The position numbers and the translations under genes were made by a program. The notes below the pieces were generated by a model. It saw only the letters and a list, made by a program, of their open reading frames with translations. It was not told where the DNA came from and ran no database searches. DNA of 64,000 nucleotides from the human T2T-CHM13v2.0 reference genome, Homo sapiens: NCBI RefSeq assembly GCF_009914755.1, contig NC_060935.1; one strand, 5' to 3'. Positions 49,650 to 62,540 of the stretch are shown here, piece by piece; the stretch's first letter is position 1, and every line of letters begins with the position of its first letter.

Positions 49650-51596
49650 CCCTCACTGAGCCCCCCGACTCTCACTAAGTCTCCACCCCCTCACTGAGCC
49701 CCCATCCCCCCACTCAGCCCCCATCTACCACTGAGCCCCAATCCCCTCACTAAGCCCTCACCCTTTCACTGAGCCCCATCCCCTCACTGAGCCCCCATCC
49801 TCTCACTGAGCCTCCATCCCCCCACTCAGCCCCCATCTACCACTCAGCCCCCATCCCCCACTGACCCTCCATCCCCCACTGAGCTCCTATCCCCCGCTGA
49901 CTCCCCACCCCCTCACTGAGCCCCAATCCCTTCGCCAGGCCCTCACCCTCTCACTGAGCCCCCATCCCCCCACTCAGCCCCTATCTACCACTGAGCCCCC
50001 ATCCCCCACTGAGCCCCCATCCCCTCACTGAGACCCAATCCCCTCACTAAGCCCTCACCCTCTCACTGAGCCCCATCACCTCACTGAGCCCCCATCCTCT
50101 CACTGAGCCCCACCCTGTCACTGAGCCCCCATCCCCCCACTCAGCCCCCATCTACCACTTAGCCCTCATCCCCCACTGAGCCCCCATCCCCTCACCGAGG
50201 TCTCATCCTCTCACTGAGCCCCCATCCCCTCACTCAGCCCCCATCCCCCACTGAGCCCCCATCTCCTCACCAAGCCCCCATCCTCTCACTGAGCCCCCAT
50301 CCCCTCACTGAGCCCGAATACCCTCACTAAGCCCTCACCCTCTCACTGAGCCCCCACCTTCTCACTGAGACCCAATCCCGCACTGAGCCCCCACCTTCTC
50401 ACTGAGCCCCCATTCCCTCACTGAGCCCCTATCCTCTCACTAAGTCCCCATCCCCTCACTGAGCCGCAACCTCTCACTCGGCCTCATCCCCTCACTGAGC
50501 CCCCATCCTCTCACTGAGCTCCCATCATTTCACTAAGCCCCCATCCTCTCACTGAGCCCCATCCCCTCACTAACCCTCATCCTCTCACTGAGCCCCCATC
50601 CTCTCACTGAGCCCTAATCCCCCACTGAGCCCCCATCACCTCACTGAGCCCCCATCCTCTCACTGAACCCCTATCCCCTCACTAACCCCCATCCCATCAC
50701 CAAACCCTCATCCTCTCACCTAGCCCTCATCCTCTCACTGAGCCCCATCCCCTCACTCAGCCCCCATCCCCTCATTGAGCCCTCATCCTCTTACTTAGCC
50801 CTCTTCCTCTCACTGAGCCCCCATCCCCTCACTGAGCCCCCAACTTCTCACTGAGCCCCCATCCCCTCACTGAGCCCCCATCCCCTCGCTGAGCCCCCAT
50901 CCTCTCACTGAACCCTCATCCCCCACTGAGCCCCCATCCCCTCACTCAGCCCCCATCCTCTCACTCAGCCCCCATCTTCTCACTCAGCCCCCATCCCCTC
51001 ACTCAGCCCCCATCCTCTCACTCAGCCCCCATCCCCTTATTGAGCCCTCATCCCCCACTGAGTCCCCATCCCCTCTCTGAGCCCCCAACCTCTCACTGAG
51101 CCCCTATCCCCTCACTGAGCCCCATCCCCTCACTGAACCCTCATCCTCTCACCTAGCCCTCATCCTCTCATTGAGCCCCATCCCCTCACTCAGCCCCCAT
51201 CCTCTCACTCAGCCCCCATCCCCTCACTCAGCCCCCATCCCCTCACTCAGCCCCCATCCCCTCATTGAACCCCCATCCCCTCACCGAGCCCCCATCCCCT
51301 CACTGAGCCCTCATCCTCTCACTGAGCCTCCATCCCCTCACTGAGCCCCCATTCCCCACTTAGCCCCCACCCTCTCAATGAGCCCCCACACACTCACTCA
51401 GCCTCCATCCCCTCACTTAAGTCCCTACCCCCTCACAGAGCCCCTCACTCTCACTGTGCCCCAATCCCCTCACTGGGCCACCCCACTCTCACTGAGCCCT
51501 CATATCCTCACTGGGCCCCCATCACCTCACTGAGGCTGCCCACTGTCACTGGGCCCCCATCCCCTCACTAAGCCCCCCACTCTCACTGAGCCCCCA
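49650..51596. repeat. Minisatellite/VNTR, ~18-19 bp unit (cactgagcccccatcccct), roughly 100 copies
   Basis: Directly visible tandem array in intron 4. Confidence 0.97.
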
Positions 51597-53259
51597 GGAC
51601 CTGGACCCTCTTCTTGCCCTCCTTCCCCCAGCATGTGAGGATCCCGAGATGGGAGCAGACCGTTCCCGGTGTCCTCTGAGACAACCCCTAGGGATGGTCA
51701 GATTCTGCAATGAAAGAAGACCTGGTCAGCTTAGGGGAAGAAATTTCTTAGGGATGGGCCCTGGGGACCCCAAAATGGTAGCAGAGGGAGACAGCCAGCC
51801 TGGGCCGAGGTGGGCGGTGGGTGCTTCAGTTGCAGCTGAAAGGCCTGAGATTTTTGCTGCACTCAGCATCAGGTAATCAGAGGCTTTAAGATAGCAGGAG
51901 ACACAAGAAGAGGAAGGCGGCAGAGCTGGGGCCTGAAACAGTCTGGGAGATGGAGGTGGGGCACCAACAAGAGGGAAGTGAAGCCTCCTTTCAGGAAGAC
52001 CCTGGCCCAGGCAGCCTTCCAGGATTCTCTCCTCTCCAGCCCCAAGGTCGTTTGCAGCCCTTACAATTCAGAGCCTCACCAGCCCTCAATATCAGAATGT
52101 TCAGCGTATCATTTTACAGAAGGGCATATGGAGGCCCAGGAAGAGGGCATCGGATTGTGATTGCAGCCATGTTGTCCTGGATCCCAGGTCTCTGACTCCC
52201 AGCCCAAGGTTCTTCCTGTGGAAGAACCCTAAGGGAGGCCAATATGGCCCAGACCCCTTTTCTGAAACTTGGTTCCTTCTCAGTGTCAGGGAACTGTGGA
52301 GCAGGCTTCCCCAAGACAGCTTCTGGTCAGGCCATGAAAGATAATTACAATGGGATTGGCTGAGATGAAAGTGGAGCAGGGACGGTCTTTGCAAGGGAGC
52401 AAGCAGCCCTTACAAGCACAAGAAGACAGGAAAGCCAAACACACTGGGGGGATGCAGCTGGGCATCTGAGAGCCCAAACAGCGGCAGGAACAGGGACAGG
52501 TGGGGCTGGGAGCTGGCGGGGGCCTCCTCACTCCCGCCTTGACCCTTTTCCACCCTGTCTCTCCCCACACTGCCCTGATCCCATTCCCTGCCCATTGCCT
52601 CGGGCCTCCTTATCTGTCTCTATGATCCAGCCTCCACGCCACACCTGCTGCTGTTTGCCCACAGTCCAGGGTTTCCTGGAGTAGCACCCTCCCCACACCC
52701 CCACCTCCTCGGGCACTGCTAGAGCCTCAGGCTCCACGGCAGCCTGTAGGTCAGTCCCTCTCCCTCCTGGGGGGACCAGAGCCACAAAGGTCACCATCGG
52801 AAGGACCCTGTACCCAACCCCACCCATTTCACAGAAAAAAGGCCAGAAGAGAAGTCGTTTTCTCAAGGTCACTCAAGGCTAATCATTGGTTGGGACTTGG
52901 GAGTGCAAGTAGCAATCACTGAGCTCCTACTGTGTGCTGGGCACTGTGCCAAGCACTTGGCCCCTGTTACCCCATTAAGCCAATAGACCGGGCCTCAGGT
53001 AGGAAAGCAGAGAGACAGGGAGGGGGCTGAGCTAGAATCCAGACCTGTCTGAATCCCATTCCAGTGCTCTTCCCTCGTCCATACACCTGGGTCTCAAGTC
53101 CCCATCCTGCTGGGAGCTCCTGAGAGCAGGGCCCAGCCAACCCTGGGGCCTCTCCGCCCTAATTGTGGAGATGGGCTCACCACCAGACACCAGGCACAAA
53201 GGTGGGCAAGCAGAGCTCAGATACCAGAGAGAGCACTGGGCCTGGGCCTTCCCCCAATC

Positions 53260-54250
53260 CTTTTTCAGGTAGCAGCTGAGCCTGGCAAGCCACTCACCTT
53301 TCACAGGGGCCATGGAAAGAATTCCTGTTTGGGGATGATGACGGGTGTGTCCTGATGATGGGTATGTCCCCTGGGAGGTCCTTGCTGTCCTCACTCTCTT
53401 GCCTTCTCATCCCCTGGCCCTCCTCCTGGAATCTTCAGCCCCTGTCTACCAGCAGGCACTCACCTCCCCATCTCCACTGAGCTCTGGGATAATTGGATTT
53501 GAATATTCACTTTTAATTGCTTTTTTTTGGTATTTTTTCCAAAGGCCTTACTGAGTCTGAAGTGGTTGGAAGGAGGATGTTGAAAGGGCAGCTGATGCCA
53601 AGGATCTGAGCCCTCTCAAAAATGCCTGGACCGCAGATACGCACCCACTCTACATGCCCAGACAGCTGAGGGGAGCATGTGTGGGTCCTAGGGAGTGAAG
53701 CAAACCTGCAGGCTGCTCCCCGCTGCCTCCTGAGCCTGTTTTCCTGCATCCCTCCCAGGAAGGCCTCCCAGGCTGCTCCGAGGAGCCTTCCTGGAGGAGT
53801 GGAGCTTATATGAAGCAAAGTTCTTTAGAATTAGAGGTGGGGGATGCTGGAGGAGAGCGAAGTTCTTTGGAATTAGAGGAGAAAGGGGGACATGACCACA
53901 TTTTTCCCCTTAAGGTTCTAAAGACCTTTCAGACCATCCTCTTACAGACGGGACACAAAGGCTAGAGAGAGGTGGTAATGGCTTTGTTCCCATGCTCCTT
54001 GACGGAGAAGTTGTTAGGGGAAGGTGAAAGGAGCTCAGTGGGAGAATAGGAAATGGGAAGGTGGCTATCAGAGCAGAACCAACTCCTTCCACGGGAAAGG
54101 GCTGAGGAGAGACCAGCATCCTAGAAACCAGGGTTTCCAGCACAAGGAGGGGCCTCAGGACCATGAGTCCAGCATCCTCAAACAGGAATTCTTTCCATGG
54201 TCCCTGTGAAAGGTGAGTGGCTTGCCAGGCTCAGCTGCTACCTGAAAAAG
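53260..54250. repeat. Inverted repeat: 78-bp arms 53260-53337 and 54173-54250, 76/78 complementary, 835-bp spacer
   Basis: Base-by-base reverse complement; the ORF track shows the same peptide PVKGEWLARLSCYLKK on both strands. Confidence 0.97.
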
Positions 54251-55367
54251 CCACATCCCTGGACCACCTGGCCTGCTGGAAAAGCCCTCCTCACAGGGGT
54301 AGAGAGCTGCCTTCTTGGGACATCCCCACTGGTGCCCACTCTGCCCTCAGCTCCTGCCCAGTGCTCCCTGGGCCCCACAATGGCCCTGCATTCAGTGCTT
54401 AGCAGGCAATGGCCACATCCTTCAGAGCCTGCCTCCTCCCAGCAGCATGCCTGCCCCCAAGGTTTTCTCATCTGATGAGTTCCACTTCCTCTCACTTTCC
54501 CCTAAACAGCCAGGAGTCAGAAGACCCGAGTCCTAGGCCTGGCTCTGCCTCATACCTGGCATGTGGCCTTGGTCATGTCTCATGATATCCACCCATCTGG
54601 AAGATGAGGAGGCTGAATTAAATGGGCATCAAGGTATCAGGGGGCCAAGTGCCCTGATCCCATGATCCTGAAGTCAGTGATTCCAGCATTCTCTCACAAT
54701 GGTAATCCCCAACAGACAGCCCTCACCATGGATCAGGCCTGATTTAAATGCTTTACATGTGTGACACATTTAATCCTCCCCACAATCCTATAAGCACCAT
54801 TATTATCACCATTTCATAAACAAAACTGAGGCACAGAGAGGTTGTGTCATTTGCCCAAGGTTACACAGCTAGTAAACAGGGAGCTGAGATTTGAACCCAG
54901 GCAGTGGGGCTCCAGAACCCTCAGCAGGACGCTGCCTGTGATCTCCCTGTTCTCAGATGCAAGGAGTTGGCACTGTGAGCTCCTGCAGGCCCAGCATGCT
55001 GGGATTCCAGGTCCAGCCTCGCAGTAGTTCTCACAGCATGCCGGTGTTCTAACTGATACACCCCATAGCCCCAATGTTCTGAGACTCTGCTCTGAGGAGG
55101 CTGCAGCCATTTAGAAGCAATTAGAAGGAGAAAATTTACCATCAATTGGTATTTTCTCTGTGCCTATCCATTTCCCCAAGGAAGAGAAGACATTGCTTCT
55201 GCCCTTCTGTGCTGGAGTCAGCAACCTGGCCAAGGAATCCCACCTGGCAGGGAGGCGGGGATCAATGTTGGAAGGGGAGGGTCAGACCAGATGACCTTGG
55301 ATGGTGCCTCAGCCCTGAGAATCCTTGGCCATGCAAGAGGGCAATGGGGGTGCAGAGAATGGCTCAC

Positions 55368-55456
55368 CGGACTTTCCCCTCCTGGGGCAGCTCATGTGGG
55401 GGGTCCTCACACACCAGCTGGGACTCACCATCCAGTAGGTAGGTGTAGACAGTTTC
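55368..55456 (-). CDS. PDE2A: PDE2A exon 4 ([30 protein letters not shown])
   Basis: 89 nt; acceptor gtcctag, donor gtgagc. Confidence 0.97.
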
Positions 55457-58400
55457 CTAGGACAGAAGGCACTTATGAGACCCTGTGGAGAGGCCCTCCC
55501 AGCTGCCCAGTCCCAGCCTGTACACAGGGGTCTGTGGGGCAAGGTCATGGAACCTGTGGGAGTGGAGCTCTGGCAATGATCTGTTTGTTTTTCTCTCCAG
55601 GTGATTCTAAGATGCAGCCAGGGCAGCAAAACACCCGGTGAACTAAGCACCTCGTCCTCTCCTCTTGGACGGAATTCTAAGCAGGCAATGATTCATGAAC
55701 CTATGACCTTTTTTACCACCCAAAACCCAATGTGCCAGGTAAAGAGTTTCAAGGACTGAGGGTGCAGACAAATCACCTCCCACCTGGGATATTTCCCTGC
55801 CTGACTCCAGCCTCAGGCATTCAGCAAACAATAACTGAGCATCCACTCTGAGCTGTACCAGGGATGGGGCTCAGAATGTTCTAGGAAGCATCCCTCCTTC
55901 ACCTCTACAAGAAACCACACACCCATAACCCCAGCCAGGGGAGGAACACAGAGCAGGGCACTGCGCCATCCTCCGGTGGGGCTGGAGAGGGCTTCCTGGA
56001 GGAAGTGACCTTTCAGCTGTCACTGAGTGGGAATTAGACACATTCAGGGAGTGGGCAGGGTGCAGACTGGGCTCCCAGGCCTTATAGCAGGTACACAGGT
56101 AGGTCCAGAGGCGTATAAAGCATGGAGCATTTAGGAACAGACAGTGAGGGAAGGGGCACAGGGGCTGGGCCCAAGGTCAGTAGGGCTGAGTGGGATGGGC
56201 TTACGAACAGAACTGGGGCAGGGCAGGACGTGCACAGGGAGACGTGAGCAGATTTGTATTTTGGACCGATTACTCCTCAGAGGGAGATCAAAGCTCTTGC
56301 TCTTTAATCCTCCCTCCCCAAGGGCCCAGAGCAGCTCTGGCCTCAGTTCCAGGCCATGTCTTGGCAGAAGTAGTTGCCCTCACTGACCTACAGGCAAAAA
56401 TCCACATTCCTTCCAAGCAGAACTGGCAACCCTTCGGGATCCCTGACCAACCCCCATGCAACGCAGCCTTGTCCACAACTCTGCTGTTTTCTCCGCAGGA
56501 GGATGGAGAAGGGCTTGCCTCCCAGCTGAGGGTATCCTGGAGGGCTTTGGGAGGAGCTGACAGTGGAGCTACGTGTTGAAGGCCCACCCTCAGTAAGTGT
56601 GGAATCCTTCCCAGAAGAAGCAGTTGCCTTCCATGACTCTGAGAGCGTCCACAATCCTGCCAGCCACTCTTCTTGTCATCAGCTGTCGCCAGCCAGCCCC
56701 CACCACAGGAGATGCCTGGCCACTACTTCCAGAGACACTGAGTCAGGTTCCGTGGTGGGTGTGGCATGGGGTGGGAATGATAAGGCCTGAAGGGAGTGAG
56801 AGGGGCAGACACCCTCTTGTTTGGCTGGAAGGAAACCTAAGTGGGATGTTCAGGGATAAAGAATTCAGTGGGAAGGAGGCCGCCCACTCTTCGGCTATAT
56901 CTAGCCTCCTTGTCATCCATCTCTTCCAGCAGCCTGGGAGGGGCCTGAGTTATTTGGCCCAAAGAGGTTAAGAGACCAGCCGGGGTTATACAGAAAGTCC
57001 TGCCCAGGCAGAGGGAGGGGTGGGTAGTCCATGGGGGCAGAGGGGGACAGATTCTCGCTTCACTTCCGCATGTCCGTATGTCTCCCACCCCCTTACTCTC
57101 AGCCCTCTGGGTTAAAATTAGCTGAGTCTATTGGAGAGAAGGAGGGAACCATTTCAGACACATCAGCACCATCTGCATTCGGGGCTGCCTGCCACAATGG
57201 GTGCTGATGAGGAAGCCAGGTGCCAGCAGCTCTCCTCCCTGGGCGGGGGTCCCCTCCCCATCTCTGCTTCCCTCCCTGGGGGCAGCAGAGCAGACCTCAG
57301 CTCCCTTACCTCACTGGGGGCTGAGCCCCTCCGTGCAATCAAGCCAGGACTCCCGAAAGTCAGGGCTTCCCTAGCTCCTATAGGGCTCTTGGGTGGGCCA
57401 GGGCTGACATTTCCCACTGTCCCAGGAACCTGGACCACAGCTGTCATCCCAGCCCCCAGCTTTGGGGAGACAATTAATCTGTTGCAGAGCATCTAGGCTG
57501 GCACAGCCGCCAGGGCACCCTGCCTGTGAAACAGAGCCAGTCACTTCCTCCTCCCACCCTACGGCAGCCTCAGTGGCCACAGAGGCTCTCGGGGCAGCCC
57601 TACAGAAACCGACCTGCCAGTTTCCACCACCCTCCCTTTCCAGATGTGCCTTCACCCCAGGCCAGATGTTGCCTTAGTCCCGTCCTTCTCCAGGAGGATT
57701 TATTTTTGGGCGCCAACACACCACCCACTTCCTACCAATTTCACACTCAATAAAGCTCACTCATTAGCCCTCCTCCTGGGCTCTGAACTTCTAGGAGGTT
57801 TGGGGAAGGCAGAGCTGAGGAGAGGGAATGGGGCTGCTTAGATACCAAGTCCCATTTATCCCTGTCATGCTGTGTGACCTTGGGACAAGTGCCCTCTCTC
57901 TCTGGGCCTCCGGTGGTTCATCCATCAAGCAGATTCAGGGACAATGGGCTCTGGAGGGATGGGAAGGTCACATTCTGAGTTGGCCATATTTCCTGGAGCA
58001 GAGGCTGCCCTTGGCCAGGTTTAGAGTAGGGAAGAGGACATTCAAGGCTATCAGGACTCAGTTAGGGAATCTCCTCCTCCAGGAAGTCTTCCATGCCCCT
58101 TAGGCTGGATCAGACTCCCTTCTCCAGGCTTCAAACGTCCCCTGCTTCCCTCTTTCTGGTGCAACTAACACCCTGCTACTTTGGGCCTCAAGGGCTGGTT
58201 TACCCATCCTCCTGCCTAAGGGATGAACAGTGGCCATTGAAGCCAGGTAGGGGAGTGGCCTGGAACAGATGATGAGGGGCACAATCTCCCCAGTAAGGCA
58301 CTCTGGGCTCAGGCAACCATGATCACCCCAAACCTGCCCCAAACCTGCAACTCATCCATGGTATTGGGATGGGACAGAAAGAAAGCTGCTAAAAGGCTGC

Positions 58401-58891
58401 TAGAGGCCATTTTTCCAGCCTCCCATCTCCAGGCAGGGCACTTTAACCCAATGCATGTCTATTCATCAAAGCTGAGCCCTATTCTAGTACCTCCCAGACC
58501 TGGCTTCCAGGAAGTTCTTCTACATGTCTACCCTCAACTTCTCCTGCTGCATGTATTCCAAAACTCAGCTGGCTCCACCACGTCCTGTTATCCTAGGTGA
58601 ATCCCTTTCATTATCTGAGACACAGCTTTTCCACTTAACCTCTAAGGCCCCTTCTGGCTCAGCCATTGCAGGATTCCTATGCAAGTTCATTCCTTGATGC
58701 TTAGCCTAAGGCTTCCTCCTCCAGAAAGCTGTCTCAGAACACCCATCCAGACCCTTCACTTCCCCATGAAAGTCCTCTGGGCAGGGACCCTGCCTCTTCC
58801 TTCCTCCTTGGCCCTGAGTGAGGTACAGCATAGAGCTGGTCAAAGGATTTGGGGGTGGGGTGGGAAGCGTGGGGCAAGGGCGGGCACCTAC

Positions 58892-58981
58892 CACTCGGGG
58901 GAGCACAGCTGACAGGGCCTCCTTGACAGCACGTTGCAGGCCTGAAATGTCGATGACAGAGCCCAGACTCAGCAAGGCGTC
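58892..58981 (-). CDS. PDE2A: PDE2A exon 3 ([30 protein letters not shown])
   Basis: 90 nt; acceptor ctcttccag, donor gtaggt. Confidence 0.97.
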
Positions 58982-61900
58982 CTGGAAGAGAGGAGAGGGC
59001 AGTGAGAGGCTTTGCCAGGCAGGCCAGGGCAGCCCCATCTGCCCAAAGGACTGTGAGCAAAACCCCCCAGCTTAGTCCAGAGCCCGAGTCTTTCAGGCAC
59101 AGGAATCCCAGGATCTTAGGATCTCAAAATCAAACAGTCTTAAGGCCACAGAATGTCCAAGTACCCTCATCTTACAGGTGGGGAAACTGAGGCGCAGAGA
59201 AGGGCCAGGGACTTAGCAAAGGCCTCATAGTGAGTCAACAGGTCAAGCCTGGCCTAGACCCCAGGTCTCTTGTTCTCTAGTCGAGGACAATTCTGGCACA
59301 GTAGGGAAACCACAAGGCTCCAAATTAAAACAAAACAAGCAAACAAAAAAACACCCAAATTTGAATCCTAGCTCCGCTGTGTATGAGCAGTGAGTGTCTT
59401 GGTTCAGTCACTGAGCCTCAGTCTCCTATCTGTAAGTTGGAAGCAGCTGGGGCTATTGCCCCCTACAGGCTGACATGAAGATAAAATGAAATTGAGCCCT
59501 TAAAAATGAAAATAAAAATCAGAGTCCTAAAAGTGCCTCACAGAATGCCCAACACAGAGTAGATGCTCAGCTGAATATTCGCTGAAGCTGGGTCCCGCTC
59601 ACTTTCCCCAGAAGGAAGGTGGTCTCACCTAGTCTCATTTTCCAGCCTAGTGAGGGGCTGGGTTGAGAGTAGCAAGAGCCTATGGTGTGCATAACCCATA
59701 AGGTGGGAGAACAGCTGGGCCACCCCTGGCAACTATAGGAGGAGAAGGAGACGTCAGCCTTGACTGTCTCACAGCCTTCCCATCCCAGGAACAGAACTCG
59801 TCCTTGCAGAGCCGGAACGGAGACAAAAGTCCCTGCTTCTCGCTCTATTAACTTGGCCAGAGCCATGGGGATCAAAGAGAAAGGTAACAGAACAAAGGAA
59901 ACGAGGGCCAAGGCAAGATCGTGACTCATACCAGCCACCAGCCATGCCCTCCCGCAAGCCCTTGGAAGTCCTTTCAGATGTCTTCCCAGTGGAAGGTTGG
60001 GTCTGTGTTCAGAAAGCAAAGTGATTAACTGCAAGATGAAGGAGACATGGCTGGGTCCCCATTCATGTGAACATGATATGAGGTTGAGGGTCTTAAAAGA
60101 CCACAGTTCAGCATGAGCCCACAGTGTAAGCATGACTGGCAAGAAATAAAAATGCTCAAACTGCAGGCCATATTAATAGAGGTCTGTTAACCCAATTGGG
60201 AAGATGACAGTTCCCCCACTTTTATAGTCTAGTTAGACCATCCCCTGTTCATTGTGTCCCAGGGGCTGACAAGATGACACTCATCCAGAGGAGGCGACCT
60301 ATGAAACGAGGGAATTGGAAACCAAGTTTTGCATGTGACTAAGACTGGATAACCCAGGGATGCCTCATCTAAAGCAGAGGAGACCCAGGGTTATCAGTCT
60401 CCAACTCCAATCTCTCAGACCCTCCTAGATGGGGGATCTGAACTCTGTGGCCCCATGGACAGCCTGGGGACCCATAGGATTTCACAGGAGGCTGGCCTTG
60501 GTCTAGTGGGCTGAAGGACCTTCTTCCAGGTAGGGCCATGCTACAAAGGCATGCCACAGGTCACCAGGAGAGAGGGAGGAAGTGAGCTTCCCATCCTCAA
60601 GGGTGCACAAGAGTGGGCTGAATGCCTATTTGCCAGAAAGTTCCACGCTGGGCTCTCAATGAAGACTTGCATCCAGGCTTCAGCTCCAAATTTCACTCCT
60701 GGGTCTTCTTGGCTGCAGTTTCCTCCCCTTCCCCCACCCAATCCAGTGTTCCCAGGAGGAGGGCAGTAGTGGGCCTTCTCCCCAGATGCTTACTCAGCAT
60801 CGCTTTCCCCAACCCCCAGGCTTCCTTGGTCCCTCCCACTGCTCAAGGATGAAGACACATATCTTGGTCATGGGAAGATGTCTACCCTCAGACATCAGAA
60901 GCTACTGATTCCAGACAACACAATACCCAAATTGGATCACTTGTCTTTTGACCCTTAGGCACTCCTCATCACAGCACAGACAACTTCAGCACCACACAGC
61001 CACAGATCCCACGTCCTCGCAGACATCCCAGCAGGCCTTCAGACACCATCCATGTGCACACACACACACACGTTCTCACTGGTACAGTTCCTTAAAGATT
61101 CACAGGGCAAGAGCTCGAGTGATACCTGTGCACAATACACGCAGGCTATTATGGCCTTCCAAGGTCAATTCTGAAGACTAAAAAGGGGAGGAAGAGCTGA
61201 TGCCCCCAGTACTCCCAAGATAAAGTCTTCCAGATGCACGCTCCCCAGACGGGGGCTCTAAAGACAGCACAGAAGGTGGTGTTGGTTTGTGTCTATTCCT
61301 TCTTGGAGGCAGAGGAGCCCACAAGCTGACTCCTGAGAGGCCCTGCCCTTGGTGGAGTCTGATGTATGTGATGTGGACTTGGGGAAGAGAGACCCAGGTG
61401 ACGGAGTGAGCCTGATACAGGGGGAGAAATTCTTCAAAGCCACAGCCTTCAGAGAGCTAAGTCTCCCCATTTGACCGATGAGGAAGCTGAGGTTCAATGA
61501 GAAGCAATGATCAACCTGTGGTCAGACAGCCAGTCAGAGCAGAGCCAGGTCCAGAACCCAAACCTCTGGATCTCTAGCCCTGTCTGGTTCCTGCTCAGCA
61601 CCCGATCCCCAGCTCCCACCCTAGGGTGCTCAGAAAGAACAGTCTGTCCTTTATTCTGATTGGTGGACTCCTCAACCTGCCCTTTGCTTCAATTGGGGAA
61701 TGCCCTCAACTGTCCTTTACTGGAATTGGTGGGTGCCTGCCTGACCTTTGCTCTGATTGTTCAGTTTTCTGTGACTTTTCAGGCCAAGTGCAGGATAGTA
61801 GCAATAAGGAGAGCAGGAAAGGAAAGTTGGGGAGAGTTGGGGCAGCAGCAGGGAAGGGCTTCCCATCTGTGCTAGAGCGGACTGGATGGTAATGTGACTG

Positions 61901-62504
61901 ATGAAGCCCAGGGCTCTTTGTGGGCATCCTTCTGTCAATCCACCTCCTGGTCCTGCCCAGCATGCCCCAGGAATGGAGGGTGTTGGGTGCAGGAACTGCA
62001 GCTGGGAAGGGCCACTTCAGATCTGGCACTCAAAGGGGCCTTCAAGGCTTGCTCAAATGCCATCTCCTCCATGAATCTTCCTCAGATCTCAAAGCAACTT
62101 CACCCCCATTGCACCAACTCAGGGGAGGAAATAGCTCAAATTGCAAAGCCCATGAGGTGTGGGCTCAGAGGGAAGAGTTGCTGCTTCAGTGAAGGAAGGA
62201 GAGAATCAGTGGGGAGCAGCTGCTAATGGGAAGCAGGGAGATTCCTGAATTGGAGGCACAGATGGGGAGCAAGGCTCAAGTCAGGGGGCTTCGATCTTAA
62301 AAGGAAGAGGAAAGGAAAAATACAGACACAGCTTTACCTGCTCACATGCCCATCTACACATGCCACACAAATACATATTGCTACGCACTCCTCTACTCAT
62401 ACGTATATGCACAGGCTCTCACACAAACACGCACACAGACAGATCAAAAGGCAATCATATATTCAATGCATATACAAGGTTGCACTTAGACATGCACATC
62501 ACAT

Positions 62505-62505
<1 letters not shown>

Positions 62506-62537
<32 letters not shown>
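62506..62537. repeat. (CA)n microsatellite
   Basis: Direct read. Confidence 0.95.

Positions 62538-62540
<3 letters not shown>

Noticed and set aside
49650-51596. CRISPR-like appearance of the repeat array
   Set aside because: Contiguous degenerate units with no unique spacers, in a vertebrate intron; it is a minisatellite.
60985-61002. ttcagcaccacacagcc RE1 half-site
   Set aside because: Right half lacks GGACAG and correct spacing; too weak to call.
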